A DNA stretch of 63,587 bases, counting the filler, from Octopus bimaculoides (lineage: Eukaryota): assembly GCF_001194135.2 (NCBI RefSeq). It is 5 parts of 4 records of this genome, joined end to end, with 100 filler letters (N's around TTAATTAATTAA, not from the genome) between each part and the next. Parts side by side here need not be neighbours in the genome. Positions count along the whole stretch, not along the records: positions 1 to 21,125 come from NC_068988.1; 4 more parts are not named here. One strand, given 5' to 3'. The position numbers were made by a program, and so were the translations under genes. The stretch's first letter is position 1; each line of letters opens with the position of its first letter. Positions 1 through 13,402 of this stretch are shown here, in pieces. The notes beneath the pieces are model-generated. The model had not been told where the DNA came from. It saw only the letters and a list, made by a program, of their open reading frames with translations, and did not search any database.

Positions 1-8
1 CAACAGTG

Positions 9-130
9 GTGACGCTGACGTTCGGTCATGTAAAAACAAATAATAAATGAGTATATGCATATATACGTACAGGTGTGTGCATACCTACGTCTACCTGTAT
101 ATATAGGTGCATATCTGGGTACAGGACATT
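9..130 (+). repeat. Dispersed repeat, copy 1 (unclassified non-autonomous element)
   Basis: About 120 bp (gtgacgc...aataataaatgagtatatgcatatatacgtac...gcatatctgggtacaggac) closely matches 62743-62863. Confidence 0.8.
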
Positions 131-389
131 GCAAACAAAACGTAGACAAGAAATAATAATAACCAGAGTACAGAAAACACACAAGCCACATAGAGAACAT
201 TTTCCTTCATCAGCTACCCCCGTTTTAACACCGGCCTTTCGAATATATATATATATATATATATTAAGGTAGTATATTTTATACTCTGCTATTGTACTGG
301 TTTTATCCTCAAGTATTATTTCTTGAGTTTTCACAAGTTTTCCATCATAAATACTTGTTATGTTCTTTTTGCATTATCTGTAGAATGAA

Positions 390-714
390 TAGACCACAGC
401 GCTTATTTTTTTAAAAGCCTAGTACTTTATTCTCTCGCTCTTTTTGCTGAGCCGCTAAGTTACGGGGACGTAAACACACTAACATCGGTTGTCAAACAGT
501 GGTGATGGTGGACAAACACAGATACAAAGTCAAACACACACACACAAATATATATACGACGGGCTTCCTTCAGTTTCCGTCTACCAAATCCACCCACAAG
601 GCTTTGGTCGGCTCAAGGGTATAGTAGAAGACACTCAAAGTGCCACGCACTGGGACTGAACCCATAACCTTGTGGTTGGGAAGCAATCTGCTTACTCCAC
701 AACCACGCCTGCCT
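390..714 (-). mobile_element. SINE family A (tRNA-like head, CORE-like gtggcaccttgggcaagtgtctt block, internal CA/TA microsatellite)
   Basis: Reverse complement of the + copy at 41002-41455. Shares cagtttccgtctaccaaatcc, gtgccacgcactgggactgaaccc and ctaagttacggggacgtaaac. Confidence 0.85.
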
Positions 715-1821
715 CTTAATTATTTAAATTAATTTGCAAAACATTTTTACCGTAGGATTTCATGGTTGTTTTGTAGCTCTACACTTCATCTGTAACTTTT
801 GTTTATCAGTTTTGAAATTTGAGTAAATTTTACTTCTTTCCCGACATATTATGGAGAGGCAAGTAGAAGAAGAAAAAACGAATTTATCTGACAACCACAT
901 ATATGTTTATTAGAAGATCGTCGAGAAATTTTAATCCGTCAAGAAACTTGACAGAGGAATCAAGATACCCGATCGCATTTAAGACCTGTATAGAAGGATC
1001 ATCCGTGTCAGAAGAAGATACATGCCATGATATGCATTAAAGCATCAATAATGGACACAAAGGAAGAAATTCTCTGAAATTAGAAGAGAAATGAATACAA
1101 TACACAGAAGTCATACGAATTAACATGTAAAGTGAAGACTTGAAGAATCTAAAAAAGGACGAGTGAAAAGATTAAAGAGGAATGAAGAATAAAGAGAGAA
1201 GATTACCTTCCGGATATTAAAGACAGGAGTCAGAAGAGAAAGGAAAATGTGAAAGAAGATGAAAAAGAAGATTAGTCTTGGAACATGGGAGAAAGAAAAA
1301 GAGAGAAAAACTTGAATGAAATAGAGAAAGAAAATACGGTTAGAACGGTTAGGGACCAAGAACAAAAGATGAAATAGGATATGAATGGGGATAAAAGAAG
1401 GAAAGAATAATTGCCTGCTTCAGGAGTGAAATGAAAATATATTTAAAGATACTACAGTAGCTTGGAAAATGTGTAGAAGCGTCATTTATCTGTGGTTCAT
1501 ATTCAGGCTCCGGGTGTCTTATGCTCAGAATTAAATTTGAACTCCAGTGATGTTAATATTTCTTTCACGATTCTATACCACCCAATATTCACTGCGATTC
1601 TCATATCCAGGACAATTCATAAATCTCTGAGGTGAACGCTTGATAAGCTCGATTTATAACTGACTCAGTAAAGTTTTGCTCATTGCCAACCCTATGTAGC
1701 TTTCTTAAGAGCAAGGTCGTTGTAAACTATCAAATTAAAGTTGATGACACTGAAAAAGAGATGGCCAACAAAAGCAGAGATGTAAGGGGTTTTATGGCAC
1801 ACATCTTGCTGTATGAGATAT

Positions 1822-2254
1822 CTCTCTTTATAAATTATTCTTGAGACCGGTTACACGGTTTCCATGACGTTTAAATGACTGAAATCACAACCTTTTACTC
1901 TGAACAAAATGCCGGTCCTTTGACGCCGCATCGAAGAAGCCAAAAAACAAAAAGCCAGAGAAAAGAGGAGGAAGAAAAACGCACTCAACACCACAGCTGA
2001 AGACATCTTCGAAAGTATGGAGGGGGAACGTCGATAACGGTAGAGGAGTAGGGGCCGAAACCAGACGTGGTTCCTCCTGATGATGTCCTTAGCCACTGGA
2101 TCTATAAAGGAGCTGCTGAGGTTGCGAACCACGAAGCGTGGTTGGAATTCCTCCTCTCTTTATAAATTTTTCTTGAGACCGGTTACTCGGTTTCCATGGC
2201 AGATAAATGACTTAGATCACAAACGTTTACTTTGAACAAGATGCCGGTTCTTTG
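1822..2254 (+). repeat. 101-bp direct repeat pair (1822-1922 and 2154-2254)
   Basis: Collinear, no indels, 13 mismatches by manual alignment. Confidence 0.9.
1923..2153 (+). pseudogene. Decayed RTE-like LINE ORF2 C-terminal fragment
   Basis: Translates as EDIFESMEGERR*R*RSRGRNQTW...TGSIKELLRLRTTKRGW. This resembles the ILQGxxEGxRxRGRxxxxW...TGLxxxELLR...W tail of RTE-type ORF2. Confidence 0.5.
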
Positions 2255-2269
2255 CTGGGTTGAAGGTCA

Positions 2270-2443
2270 GCAATTTTGATTCGAGGGTACAAGTCAATTA
2301 CATGGACTCCAATACATGACTGGTACTTTATTTCATCGACCCCGAAGGGATGTAAGGTAAAGCTGACCTCAGAACGTTAAGAACCGGAAAAATGCCGCTT
2401 AGCATTTTATCTGACATGTTAAAGATTCTGCCAGTTCGTTGCC
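2270..2443 (-). mobile_element. SINE family B (tRNA head plus Meta/MESC-like central domain)
   Basis: Reverse complement of 22124/28136-type copies: actggtactttatttcatcgaccccgaag...gattctgccag. Confidence 0.75.
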
Positions 2444-2469
2444 GATGAAATACATTAGATAATGATTTT

Positions 2470-2698
2470 AAATTTGGTCACAGGGCGAACAATTTCTTGG
2501 GATAGGTTAAGTCGCTTACATCGATCCCAGTGCTCAACTAGTGCTTATTTTATTGACCCCGAAAGGATGAAAGGCAAAGTTGACAGGTAAAGTTCAAAGG
2601 ATAAAAGGCAAAGTTGTATTTAAACTCAGAGCATAAAGTTGAGAGAAATGCCGCTCAGCATTTTGCCCGGCGTGCTAACGATTCTGCCATCACCGCCT
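2470..2698 (-). mobile_element. SINE family B, tandem second copy
   Basis: attgaccccgaaaggatgaaaggcaaagt...cattttgcccggcgtgctaacgattctgcc. Confidence 0.8.
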
Positions 2699-3509
2699 TA
2701 AATACATTAGGCATTAAAAAATGTAGCGTTAGTCTATCTCGAGAAACTTCTGGCTGATAGTATAGTTTGTAAGATTGTTTTGAGTGTTATATACCAAAAT
2801 GTGTAAAGTTGTATATCCATGTATCTATGTTTTGTATATTACTCGTAAAATCACAGTTAACATGTTCTTTCAACATGCCATTCAAAAATACTTTTCGTTA
2901 TTCGAAAAATATCTCATAAAGTTTCTGTAAAATTTTAAATAAATTTTTAGACATATACAGCATATACATGAATGATTTTAAATTTGAGAAACTGAGGTAA
3001 ACTAGAATGTCAGATATTAAAATATGTTACTTAAGGCATATTCACCGTTTTTAGCATTAAACAGAAATTGATTTAAATTCTTTAAAATTAGTTAAAAGAA
3101 ATTTTTATTGATTTAATTTGAAATTCTATGTTGTTTTGTCGAATATAAAATATATATATAAAAAACCCATGAAAACAATCGCAGACATTAGAATTAAAAA
3201 AATTATATAAACTTCAATATGTTGAAATAATGCTACATAAATGTATTTGGGAGAATATACAAAAAATAACAACAGACGAGGACAGGTGGTGTANNNNNNN
3301 NNNNNNNNNNNNNNNNNNNNNNNNNNNNNNNNNNNNNNNNNNNNNNNNNNNNNNNNNNNNNNNNNNNNNNNNNNNNNNNNNNNNNNNNNNNNNTGTCTGT
3401 CTGTCTGTCTGTCTGTCAGTCTGTCTGTCTATCTATCTATTAACCTATCCCTCAATCTCTCTCTCTATCTGTATGTCTGTCTAGCTACATTTTTGCTCAT
3501 CATCATCAT

Positions 3510-3540
<31 letters not shown>

Positions 3541-4074
3541 GAATCATCATCTCTGTCTGTCTGTCTGTCTGTCTCTCTTTCTGTCTGTCTGTCTCTCTCT
3601 TTCTCTCTTTCTCTCTCTCTCTATCTAATTATACAGGCGCAGGCGTGGCCGTATGGTAAGAAATTTGCTTCACAACCAGCACTTTCATCGGAGGGATNNN
3701 NNNNNNNNNNNNNNNNNNNNNNNNNNNNNNNNNNNNNNNNNNNNNNNNNNNNNNNNNNNNNNNNNNNNNNNNNNNNNNNNNNNNNNNNNNNNNNNNNNNN
3801 NNNNNNNNNNNNNNNNNNNNNNNNNNNNNNNNNNNNNNNNNNNNNNNNNNNNNNNNNNNNNNNNNNNNNNNNNNNNNNNNNNNNNNNNNNNNNNNNNNNN
3901 NNNNNNNNNNNNNNNNNNNNNNNNNNNNNNNNNNNNNNNNNNNNNNNNNNNNNNNNNNNNNNNNNNNNNNNNNNNNNNNNNNNNNNNNNNNNNNNNNNNN
4001 NNNNNNNNNNNNNNNNNNNNNNNNNNNNNNNNNNNNNNNNNNNNNNNNNNNNNNNNNNNNTATATATAGGGTAA

Positions 4075-4345
4075 AGCCCTCCTTCGGTCAAGAAGGATTG
4101 CGCCTAGAAAGTTACTCTCCGAGGCACAAGTCGGGGCAAGGTTGCTTATGGAAGACCAGCAGCATGCCAGCCTTCCCTCGCTACGCCACCGATGTTGCCC
4201 CAGGGAGAGACAAAGGCCGCCCGATAAGGCTTGGCACCAGTGACGTCGCAACTCATTTCTACAGCTGAGTAAACTGGAGCAAAGTGAAATAAAGTGTCTT
4301 GCTCAAGAACACAACACACCACCCGGGCCGGGCTCACAATCATGA
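4075..4345 (-). mobile_element. SINE family C (tRNA-like head)
   Basis: Reverse complement matches 59757-60072 (caactcatttctacagct, aaataaagtgtcttg, ttatggaagaccag). Confidence 0.8.
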
Positions 4346-4534
4346 GCGTCCATATCTATATATAGTTGTACGTATATAAATATTCAAAGATAATTAAAGA
4401 ACACTGTGATACCTGTCTCGTTGTAGAGTTCAGATTAGTGTTGGATTGGTTGATTGAAGTTCACTTGAAATGACATAAGCATCAACGTAACCCAGATTTA
4501 TAGAAAAAGCCTCACCCAACCTTCCATTTGTCCA

Positions 4535-4640
4535 CCCATCCACCCACCCATCCATCCATCCATCCATCCATCCATCCATCCCAGCAACCAACCAACCAAC
4601 CAGCCAACCAGCCAACCGACCGACTGACTAACCGAGCAAC
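4535..4640. repeat. Compound tetranucleotide microsatellite (CCAT/CAAC/CGAC)
   Basis: Directly visible. Confidence 0.9.
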
Positions 4641-5662
4641 CGAACGACCAGAGATAGAAAAAACAAACAAAAAAATCCCACAACAAGTAACAAAAAGACC
4701 ATAATTAAAATATAAAAAGGCATTGGTTAATGGTGTCATCTCACCGTTGCTACAAGTTATGGTAGACTGGTAATTGCTCTTCGTCTGATTAGATCCTGGA
4801 GATTGTTCAACAGCGAAGCCCTTAGCTTAATACGATGGTCACATCACTGCCCACTACACACAAATGTCCAACACACAGCCATACGCACGCGCACACGTTT
4901 CTCTGCTCAAGCGCACGCAAGCTTACTTCCGGAAGACTTGTTAGTGAGTTACGTTGGACGCCATAGTTTTCGTGCGTAACGGGACTTAATGAAGCGATCA
5001 CGGACGTTTTAGCTGTGTTAATGATGGCTTCGCTTGACCCTCCCTCTCACTCCCGTTCACAGTTTCTCTCTCTTTAGCTCTCTCTCTTTCTCTTTCACGG
5101 TTTCCCTTTCTTGCTATCATTTTAGGTTTAAAACGATGGCATTAAATGAATGATTGCAGGGAGCCTTCTATGTGCAGAGGTGTGTGTGTATATATATATA
5201 TATGCTTATACAGAATAATTGTATTTACTATACACACACAAATATGTACACACGCCTACTCACACACACGCACATCACGTATGCAGACGCTCTCATACAT
5301 ATTCTGCATACAACACACATGTATACAGACATATACCTACATATATATATATATATNNNNNNNNNNNNNNNNNNNNNNNNNNNNNNNNNNNNNNNNNNNN
5401 NNNNNNNNNNNNNNNNNNNNNNNNNNNNNNNNNNNNNNNNNNNNNNNNNNNNNNNNNNNNNNNNNNNNNNNNNNNNNNNNNNNNNNNNNNNNNNNNNNNN
5501 NNNNNNNNNNNNNNNNNNNNNNNNNNNNNNNNNNNNNNNNNNNNNNNNNNNNNNNNNNNNNNNNNNNNNNNNNNNNNNNNNNNNNNNNNNNNNNNNNNNN
5601 NNNNNNNNNNNNNNNNNNNNNNNNNNNNNNNNNNNNNNNNNNNNNNNNNNNNNNNNNNNNNN

Positions 5663-5725
<63 letters not shown>

Positions 5726-6004
5726 TTTATATATATACATACATGCATATATACATATATATATATATATATACATATACTCTCGCAAAGACACAGACAC
5801 ATGCACAACACAGAGGTTTGGTGGTATACATAGTTTGATATGTACAAACGCACGAAACTAACGAGAACGTATACAAACAAACATCGGTGGTCAAACGATG
5901 GCGGAAGGACAAAGAAAAAGACACACACATACACACGCACACACGCAACCACACACACACACGCACACACATACACACAAACACACACTCACATCTATGT
6001 TTAT

Positions 6005-6230
6005 CTTTTCATACTTGTTTCAGTGTTTGGACTGCGATCAAGCCGGGGTACCGCCTTGAAGGATTTCGTCGGCCCTAGTTCTTATTTTGGTTTCTCTAAG
6101 CCAGGTACTTATTTCCTCGCTCTCTTTTGCTGAACCGCTGGTTTATTTGGTGGTAACCAAACTGACACCGGTTGTCAAGCGGTGGTGAGAACAAACGCTT
6201 TAGCCGTTATCAATGGAAAATACCACGCGC
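6005..6230 (-). mobile_element. SINE family A, 3' part
   Basis: acttgtttcagt...ggactgcgatcaagccggggtaccgccttgaagg...ttttgctgaaccgct...accggttgtcaagcggtggtg. Confidence 0.75.
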
Positions 6231-7378
6231 ACACACACACACACACACATGTATATGTATGTACGTACGTACGTATGTATGTATGTATGCATGTATACAT
6301 GTCTGTATGTAAGTATGTATGCATGTATGTCTATCTATGTATGTGCATCAGGTCAAAGATTAGGGCGTCCTTTCTAAGTTTGTTTTTTGTTTTCTAGGGG
6401 TTTAACAAATCTTTATATAGCCCTCGTTAACTCTCTGGGTCCCAGACCAATCGACCAGTAGAACATCCCACTTATAGTATGAGTGTGTGTGTGGGGTGGG
6501 GTGTGTGCGTGCGTGTGTGTGCATACGTGTATGTACACGTGAGTGGGCATGTATGTCTGCGTGTGTACGTGTGTGTGCGAGCATGTATATGCACAAATGC
6601 GTGTGCATGCGTAGTATATGTGGGTATATATGTACGCATGTATAAGAGCGTTTATATATATATATATATCCCAAAAGTCAAGTATGAAAATATCTGCGTT
6701 TGAGGTGAACCCGCATCACAGAATCGAACCATACATCACTGCGTTTCAAAGAAAAAAAAAACAAAATTAAAAAAAAAAATAACCAAAAGTAAAANNNNNN
6801 NNNNNNNNNNNNNNNNNNNNNNNNNNNNNNNNNNNNNNNNNNNNNNNNNNNNNNNNNNNNNNNNNNNNNNNNNNNNNNNNNNNNNNNNNNNNNNNNNNNN
6901 NNNNNNNNNNNNNNNNNNNNNNNNNNNNNNNNNNNNNNNNNNNNNNNNNNNNNNNNNNNNNNNNNNNNNNNNNNNNNNNNNNNNNNNNNNNNNNNNNNNN
7001 NNNNNNNNNNNNNNNNNNNNNNNNNNNNNNNNNNNNNNNNNNNNNNNNNNNNNNNNNNNNNNNNNNNNNNNNNNNNNNNNNNNNNNNNNNNNNNNNNNNN
7101 NNNNNNNNNNNNNNNNNNNNNNNNNNNNNNNNNNNNNNNNNNNNNNNNNNNNNNNNNNNNNNNNNNNNNNNNNNNNNNNNNNNNNNNNNNNNNNNNNNNN
7201 NNNNNNNNNNNNNNNNNNNNNNNNNNNNNNNNNNNNNNNNNNNNNNNNNNNNNNNNNNNNNNNNNNNNNNNNNNNNNNNNNNNNNNNNNNNNNNNNNNNN
7301 NNNNNNNNNNNNNNNNNNNNNNNNNNNNNNNNNNNNNNNNNNNNNNNNNNNNNNNNNNNNNNNNNNNNNNNNNNNNNN

Positions 7379-7430
<52 letters not shown>

Positions 7431-8199
7431 AAACTATGTATGTATATATGTACCTATGTATATATATGTATGCATATATATGCGTATGTATATATTAATA
7501 TGTATGTTTATATGTATGTATATATATATATGTGTGTATGGATATATATGTATATATGTATATATACATGCATACAAACATACATATATATACATATATA
7601 CATACACACACACACATATTTATACATAATAGCTGTTCACTCGTGTCCGAGGCAACACAATGACTGGCTATTATATATGTAAACACACGCAACTACACAC
7701 ACACAAACAACTCTGTATATTTAGATGTATTCACTGGATGAATCACTGTCGCTATTCAAATTCGCTCTATATGCGGTCCATTAGGCAACCAATCGAGAGA
7801 GAAAGAGAGAAAGAGAGAGAAAGAGAGAGAAAGTGAGAAAGAGAGACAGAGAGAGGGTAAGAGAGAGAAAGAGAGACAGAGAGAGGGGAAGGTTTTGGCA
7901 TGGGGCTCGAAAACGAGCAAAATGACATTGCAGACAGCCGCCATCGATTCATCTTTTGCTGCTTGACAGGTGTCACACCATACAAGCTTTAGGTTACAAA
8001 ACTCCGAAGCTTCAACAAGGAGTAGATACAAACAAAAATGCAATAATGGGGTTGCCAGAACTGCTGGAAATAGAAGCTATATTATCCTTAAAAATCACAC
8101 TCTATTATGTTTATATTTAATAACTGATAAAATTCATTGTATATTATGGATTTGGATACAATCTCCCAGATCCAGAGTGGAGATGGTTATGTCAATGAA

Positions 8200-8425
8200 T
8201 TAACAAAGCCAGTACAATTGGCTTCAGATTTTGGTACAAGACGAATAATTTCGGAAGTGGGGAAAGTTAATTACATCGACTTCAGCGCTCAAGTGCTACT
8301 TACTTTATCGCTCCGAAAGCATGAAAGGCAAAATTGACCTTGACGGAATTTGAAACTATGACGTAAAGACGGACGAAATGTTGCTAAGCATTTCGCCAGG
8401 CGTGTTAACGATTCTGCCAGCACAC
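8200..8425 (-). mobile_element. SINE family B
   Basis: catgaaaggcaaaattgaccttgacggaatttgaaac...gcatttcgccaggcgtgttaacgattctgccagc. Confidence 0.8.
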
Positions 8426-9354
8426 CGATTTAGAAAGACACTAATATTACACCCGTAATATTAACAAAATCATCTAATCAACGATTTCCCTTTGCCTGTT
8501 TGTTATGTTTTGTTGCGACATTGGGTCACTGTTTACAGAATAGACATTATTGTACCAACTAGTGGCCGAAATTTTGAAACAGCTGTAAAGACATATCATG
8601 GACTATCTTTTTTCTTCTTAATTATATTTATGTTTTATGTAACATCTGTATAGATGATTTTATACCATGAAAAACAGCGTGAGCATGTTTTAAATTTTCA
8701 ATATTCTATATATGTATGAAGCATTGATGTTTGTAAATCGTGAATGGTTATAATCGTTAGAACGTCGGTCAAAACCTCTGCCGTATTTAGATACAAATCT
8801 TCATGTTCAACATGAAAATACCATTCGGATCAACTTTGCTTTATATCATTCAGGTGTTAATAAAATAAAGTACCAGTTAAATACTAGGTTCGACCTAATA
8901 TTTCTATTACGTATCCTAGACGTATTATAGAAACAGTAAGGCGAAGAAGGATGCACAATCAAAATGTGAACATACGAACATATTCAATAAAATAATGATT
9001 CATCTTTTACCAGCAGACACTGAAGTTAGAATGCAAGGCCAATTATACACTACCAACAAACCCAGCTTCGATCTCTAAATACCCTCAAGGGGACTGGGAA
9101 AGATGAAAAGATAAAATTTCCTTTTTCCCTATGAAATAATGTCAAACTGCATTAGGAAAGATTTTATAGCGGTTACGCTAGGCCCGGTATGTGTATATAA
9201 TTCGGGGAAAAATCTGATCGTTGTCTACACACAAAGATCAGATATTTGCCTAAGAATATGCGTTGGTACTGAGGGATTAATTCAGGATCTTTTCAAATCA
9301 TCTCCCGCCCGTTTGTTTTTTGTTTTTATTTCTGTAATTTTTATCGGTATTTTT

Positions 9355-9600
9355 TTTTTTTACTTGTTTCAGTAATTGCTCTGCGGCAATACTGGGGTAT
9401 CGCCTTGAACGGCCTTTAGTCGAACAGTCGAACCCCAGTACTTTTTAAAAAAAAAGTCTGGTTGTAATTATTCTATCGGTTCATTTTGGCGAACTGCTAA
9501 GTCACGGTGACGTAAACATACCAACAACAGTTTTAAAGTGGTGGTGGTGGGTGACAGACACAACCGAAAATACACACAGACACAAAAACACACATACACA
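9355..9600 (-). mobile_element. SINE family A, 3' part
   Basis: tacttgtttcag...ctgcggcaatactggggtatcgccttgaa...gaactgctaagtcacggtgacgtaaaca. Confidence 0.75.
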
Positions 9601-9707
9601 CACATACAGGCACACATGCACCCACATACACACACATACATGCACGCACGATCATAGACACAGATACATGCATATGTAACATATGCACAGCACGCAAATA
9701 CACACGC

Positions 9708-9749
<42 letters not shown>

Positions 9750-10643
9750 NNNNNNNNNNNNNNNNNNNNNNNNNNNNNNNNNNNNNNNNNNNNNNNNNNN
9801 NNNNNNNNNNNNNNNNNNNNNNNNNNNNNNNNNNNNNNNNNNNNNNNNNNNNNNNNNNNNNNNNNNNNNNNNNNNNNNNNNNNNNNNNNNNNNNNNNNNN
9901 NNNNNNNNNNNNNNNNNNNNNNNNNNNNNNNNNNNNNNNNNNNNNNNNNNNNNNNNNNNNNNNNNNNNNNNNNNNNNNNNNNNNNNNNNNNNNNNNNNNN
10001 NNNNNNNNNNNNNNNNNNNNNNNNNNNNNNNNNNNNNNNNNNNNNNNNNNNNNNNNNNNNNNNNNNNNNNNNNNNNNNNNNNNNNNNNNNNNNNNNNNNN
10101 NNNNNNNNNNNNNNNNNNNNNNNNNNNNNNNNNNNNNNNNNNNNNNNNNNNNNNNNNNNNNNNNNNNNNNNNNNNNNNNNNNNNNNNNNNNNNNNNNNNN
10201 NNNNNNNNNNNNNNNNNNNNNNNNNNNNNNNNNNNNNNNNNNNNNNNNNNNNNNNNNNNNNNNNNNNNNNNNNNNNNNNNNNNNNNNNNNNNNNNNNNNN
10301 NNNNNNNNNNNNNNNNNNNNNNNNNNNNNNNNNNNNNNNNNNNNNNNNNNNNNNNNNNNNNNNNNNNNNNNNNNNNNNNNNNNNNNNNNNNNNNNNNNNN
10401 NNNNNNNNNNNNNNNNNNNNNNNNNNNNNNNNNNNNNNNNNNNNNNNNNNNNNNNNNNNNNNNNNNNNNNNNNNNNNNNNNNNNNNNNNNNNNNNNNNNN
10501 NNNNNNNNNNNNNNNNNNNNNNNNNNNNNNNNNNNNNNNNNNNNNNNNNNNNNNNNNNNNNNNNNNNNNNNNNNNNNNNNNNNNNNNNNNNNNNNNNNNN
10601 NNNNNNNNNNNNNNNNNNNNNNNNNNNNNNNNNNNNNNNNNNN

Positions 10644-10727
<84 letters not shown>

Positions 10728-11579
10728 CGTGTGTGTGTGTGTGTGTGTGTATTAGTATATATATATAGGTATATGGAAAAAGTATATGTATTTGCATTGA
10801 GAATCACTTCTCATCGTCAGCCTGTGGTTGTCACACGCTGATGACGGGTCAATACTCAGAAACTCGGGTCTATGTGTATCACGCCAGGCTGGAGATGGGT
10901 ACGATGATTTCCCTTTGCAAATACTGATAGGACACAGACAGTGTGTCAACAGGTAGCTGGAGGAGATATCTTCCTGGGGCCATAAGCTACAGTAGCATCG
11001 TCCCTAATACTGGCAAATATACATCATGATATATATATATACATATATATATATATATTCATACACATATATGTATACACATACATATATGTATATCCAT
11101 ACGTACATATACATATGCACCCATCTCATATACACACACATGCAAACATGTACACAGACACAAAGACACACGCACACATACAAACTCACACACGCATGCA
11201 TATGCACACACACACATTGCGTGCGCACACTAAGTGCATATACACACAACAATAAACACACGTATATTGTATACATACAATTTGAAGCTGCATCTGCAGT
11301 TTTGTACATAAGATCTACATCTTTGGTGGTCTTTAATCCTGTTTGAATATTGATCAGTGGGTTTTGCTCAACGGTGTGTATACAAGAGTGCTTGGGAGTA
11401 TTGGTGAGTACGGACGAGGAAACACAATGCAAGATGGAGTACGAGAGAGGATCGGAAAGTACAAGGTAGTTCGGGAGAGGAAAGAAGGATATTTCACTGC
11501 ACTTTAGTGAACGTTCCTCCACCGGGGACATGTACGCAAGCAACATCTACGACAAGAAAACGAGCCACCATTACCGTCA

Positions 11580-11842
11580 TTGCAACAACAACAACAACAA
11601 CAACATCAACAATAAAAACAGCAACAGCATCAACAACAATTGTACTGACAATAACGACGACCACAACAACAAAACCAATGGAAGTCGCAGAAACAACTAT
11701 AACATCCGCAGCAGCAACAGCTACATCGTCATTATTTTCGTCGTCGTCGTCGCGATCATGATCACGATCAAGGTCATCATCATCGTCATCATCACCACCA
11801 TCATCATCATCATCATCATCATCGTCATCATCATCATCATCG

Positions 11843-11886
<44 letters not shown>

Positions 11887-11944
11887 GTCATCATCATCAT
11901 CATCGTCGTCGTCGTCGTCGTAGTCGTCATCATCATCATCATCG

Positions 11945-11993
<49 letters not shown>

Positions 11994-12080
11994 GCTCTTC
12001 CTCCTCGTCCTCCTCCTCGTCTTGCTCGTCCTCCTCCTCGTCTTGCTCCTCCTCCTCCTCATCATCATAATCATCACCAT
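11580..12080. repeat. Long (CAA)/(CAT)/(CGT)/(CCT) trinucleotide tract
   Basis: Directly visible. Produces spurious poly-D, poly-I and poly-M ORFs. Confidence 0.95.
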
Positions 12081-12626
12081 CAACAATTGTATGCATATTA
12101 TACACTACACTTCTATTCAGACGCACCCAATCTATATACACACAAATGTACAGTTACTCGCAAAGAGAAGAACACACTGACACACTGACACAAGCACGCA
12201 CCAACACACATATAGCCACATAGTCGAGCACACACACACACGCACACACACACACACAAAAATGCTCACACACACTCACACACACATATGCACACAGCCA
12301 CACATGCATATACGTATCGCGACACATTCGCACATTTATTATAACACCACACACACACAAACACTAACGCGAAATGCAACATGTGCATATTCACATCCAT
12401 GCGCACATGAGTCCACAGTGGAGGTATAAATGCGCGCACACGTGCACGCACACATTCACACACACAAAGACACACACACAAAGACACACACACAGAATTA
12501 TATTGATTTTGGAAGAGAGAGCATTATGGTTGACTCAACTGCGTATCCTAGCAACGGATCCAAGTAAGATATCATTGAACAACTGATTGTATGTGTATAA
12601 TATACATGTCTTATGCAGAGATATAT

Positions 12627-12711
<85 letters not shown>
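12627..12711. repeat. (GT)n microsatellite
   Basis: Directly visible. Confidence 0.95.
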
Positions 12712-12715
<4 letters not shown>

Positions 12716-12899
12716 TGTGTTTGTGTATGAGCGTTTGTATGTATCTATAGATACATACACATATATATGCGCATACTTGTGCAAATGTATTTGTGTCCGT
12801 AGAAACGTCTGCATGTCTCTCGCTATATATATATGCATTATATATATTTATATATATGTGTGTGTGTGTGTATATGCATATATGTATATACATATGCAT

Positions 12900-12955
<56 letters not shown>

Positions 12956-13124
12956 TTATATTTATTTATATATGTATATTTATATGTATATGAAGATGTA
13001 TGCATATATATTATATATGTGTGTGTGCGCATTTATATATATATATACATGTACATGCACATATTTACCCATACATGCACACATATGTGCATATATATGT
13101 ATGTATATATATTTATATATGTAT

Positions 13125-13260
13125 GTATATACATATGCATATATACATATGCATATATATACATATGCATATATACATATGCATATATATACATATGCAT
13201 ATATATACATATGCATATATACATATGCATATATATGCACATATATGCATATGTATATAT
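13125..13260. repeat. Minisatellite of atatatacatatgc-like units (14-16 bp)
   Basis: Repeated atatatacatatgc(at). Confidence 0.85.
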
Positions 13261-13290
13261 ATATATATATACATAGTATGTACGCATATA

Positions 13291-13347
<57 letters not shown>

Positions 13348-13370
13348 TTATGCATGTATGCTTGTGTGTG

Positions 13371-13402
<32 letters not shown>

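Noticed and set aside
11494-12180. Poly-Asp, poly-Ile and poly-Met ORFs resembling an acidic or biomineral protein
   Set aside because: All frames are translations of one (CAT)n-type tract, and there is no convincing splice or start context.
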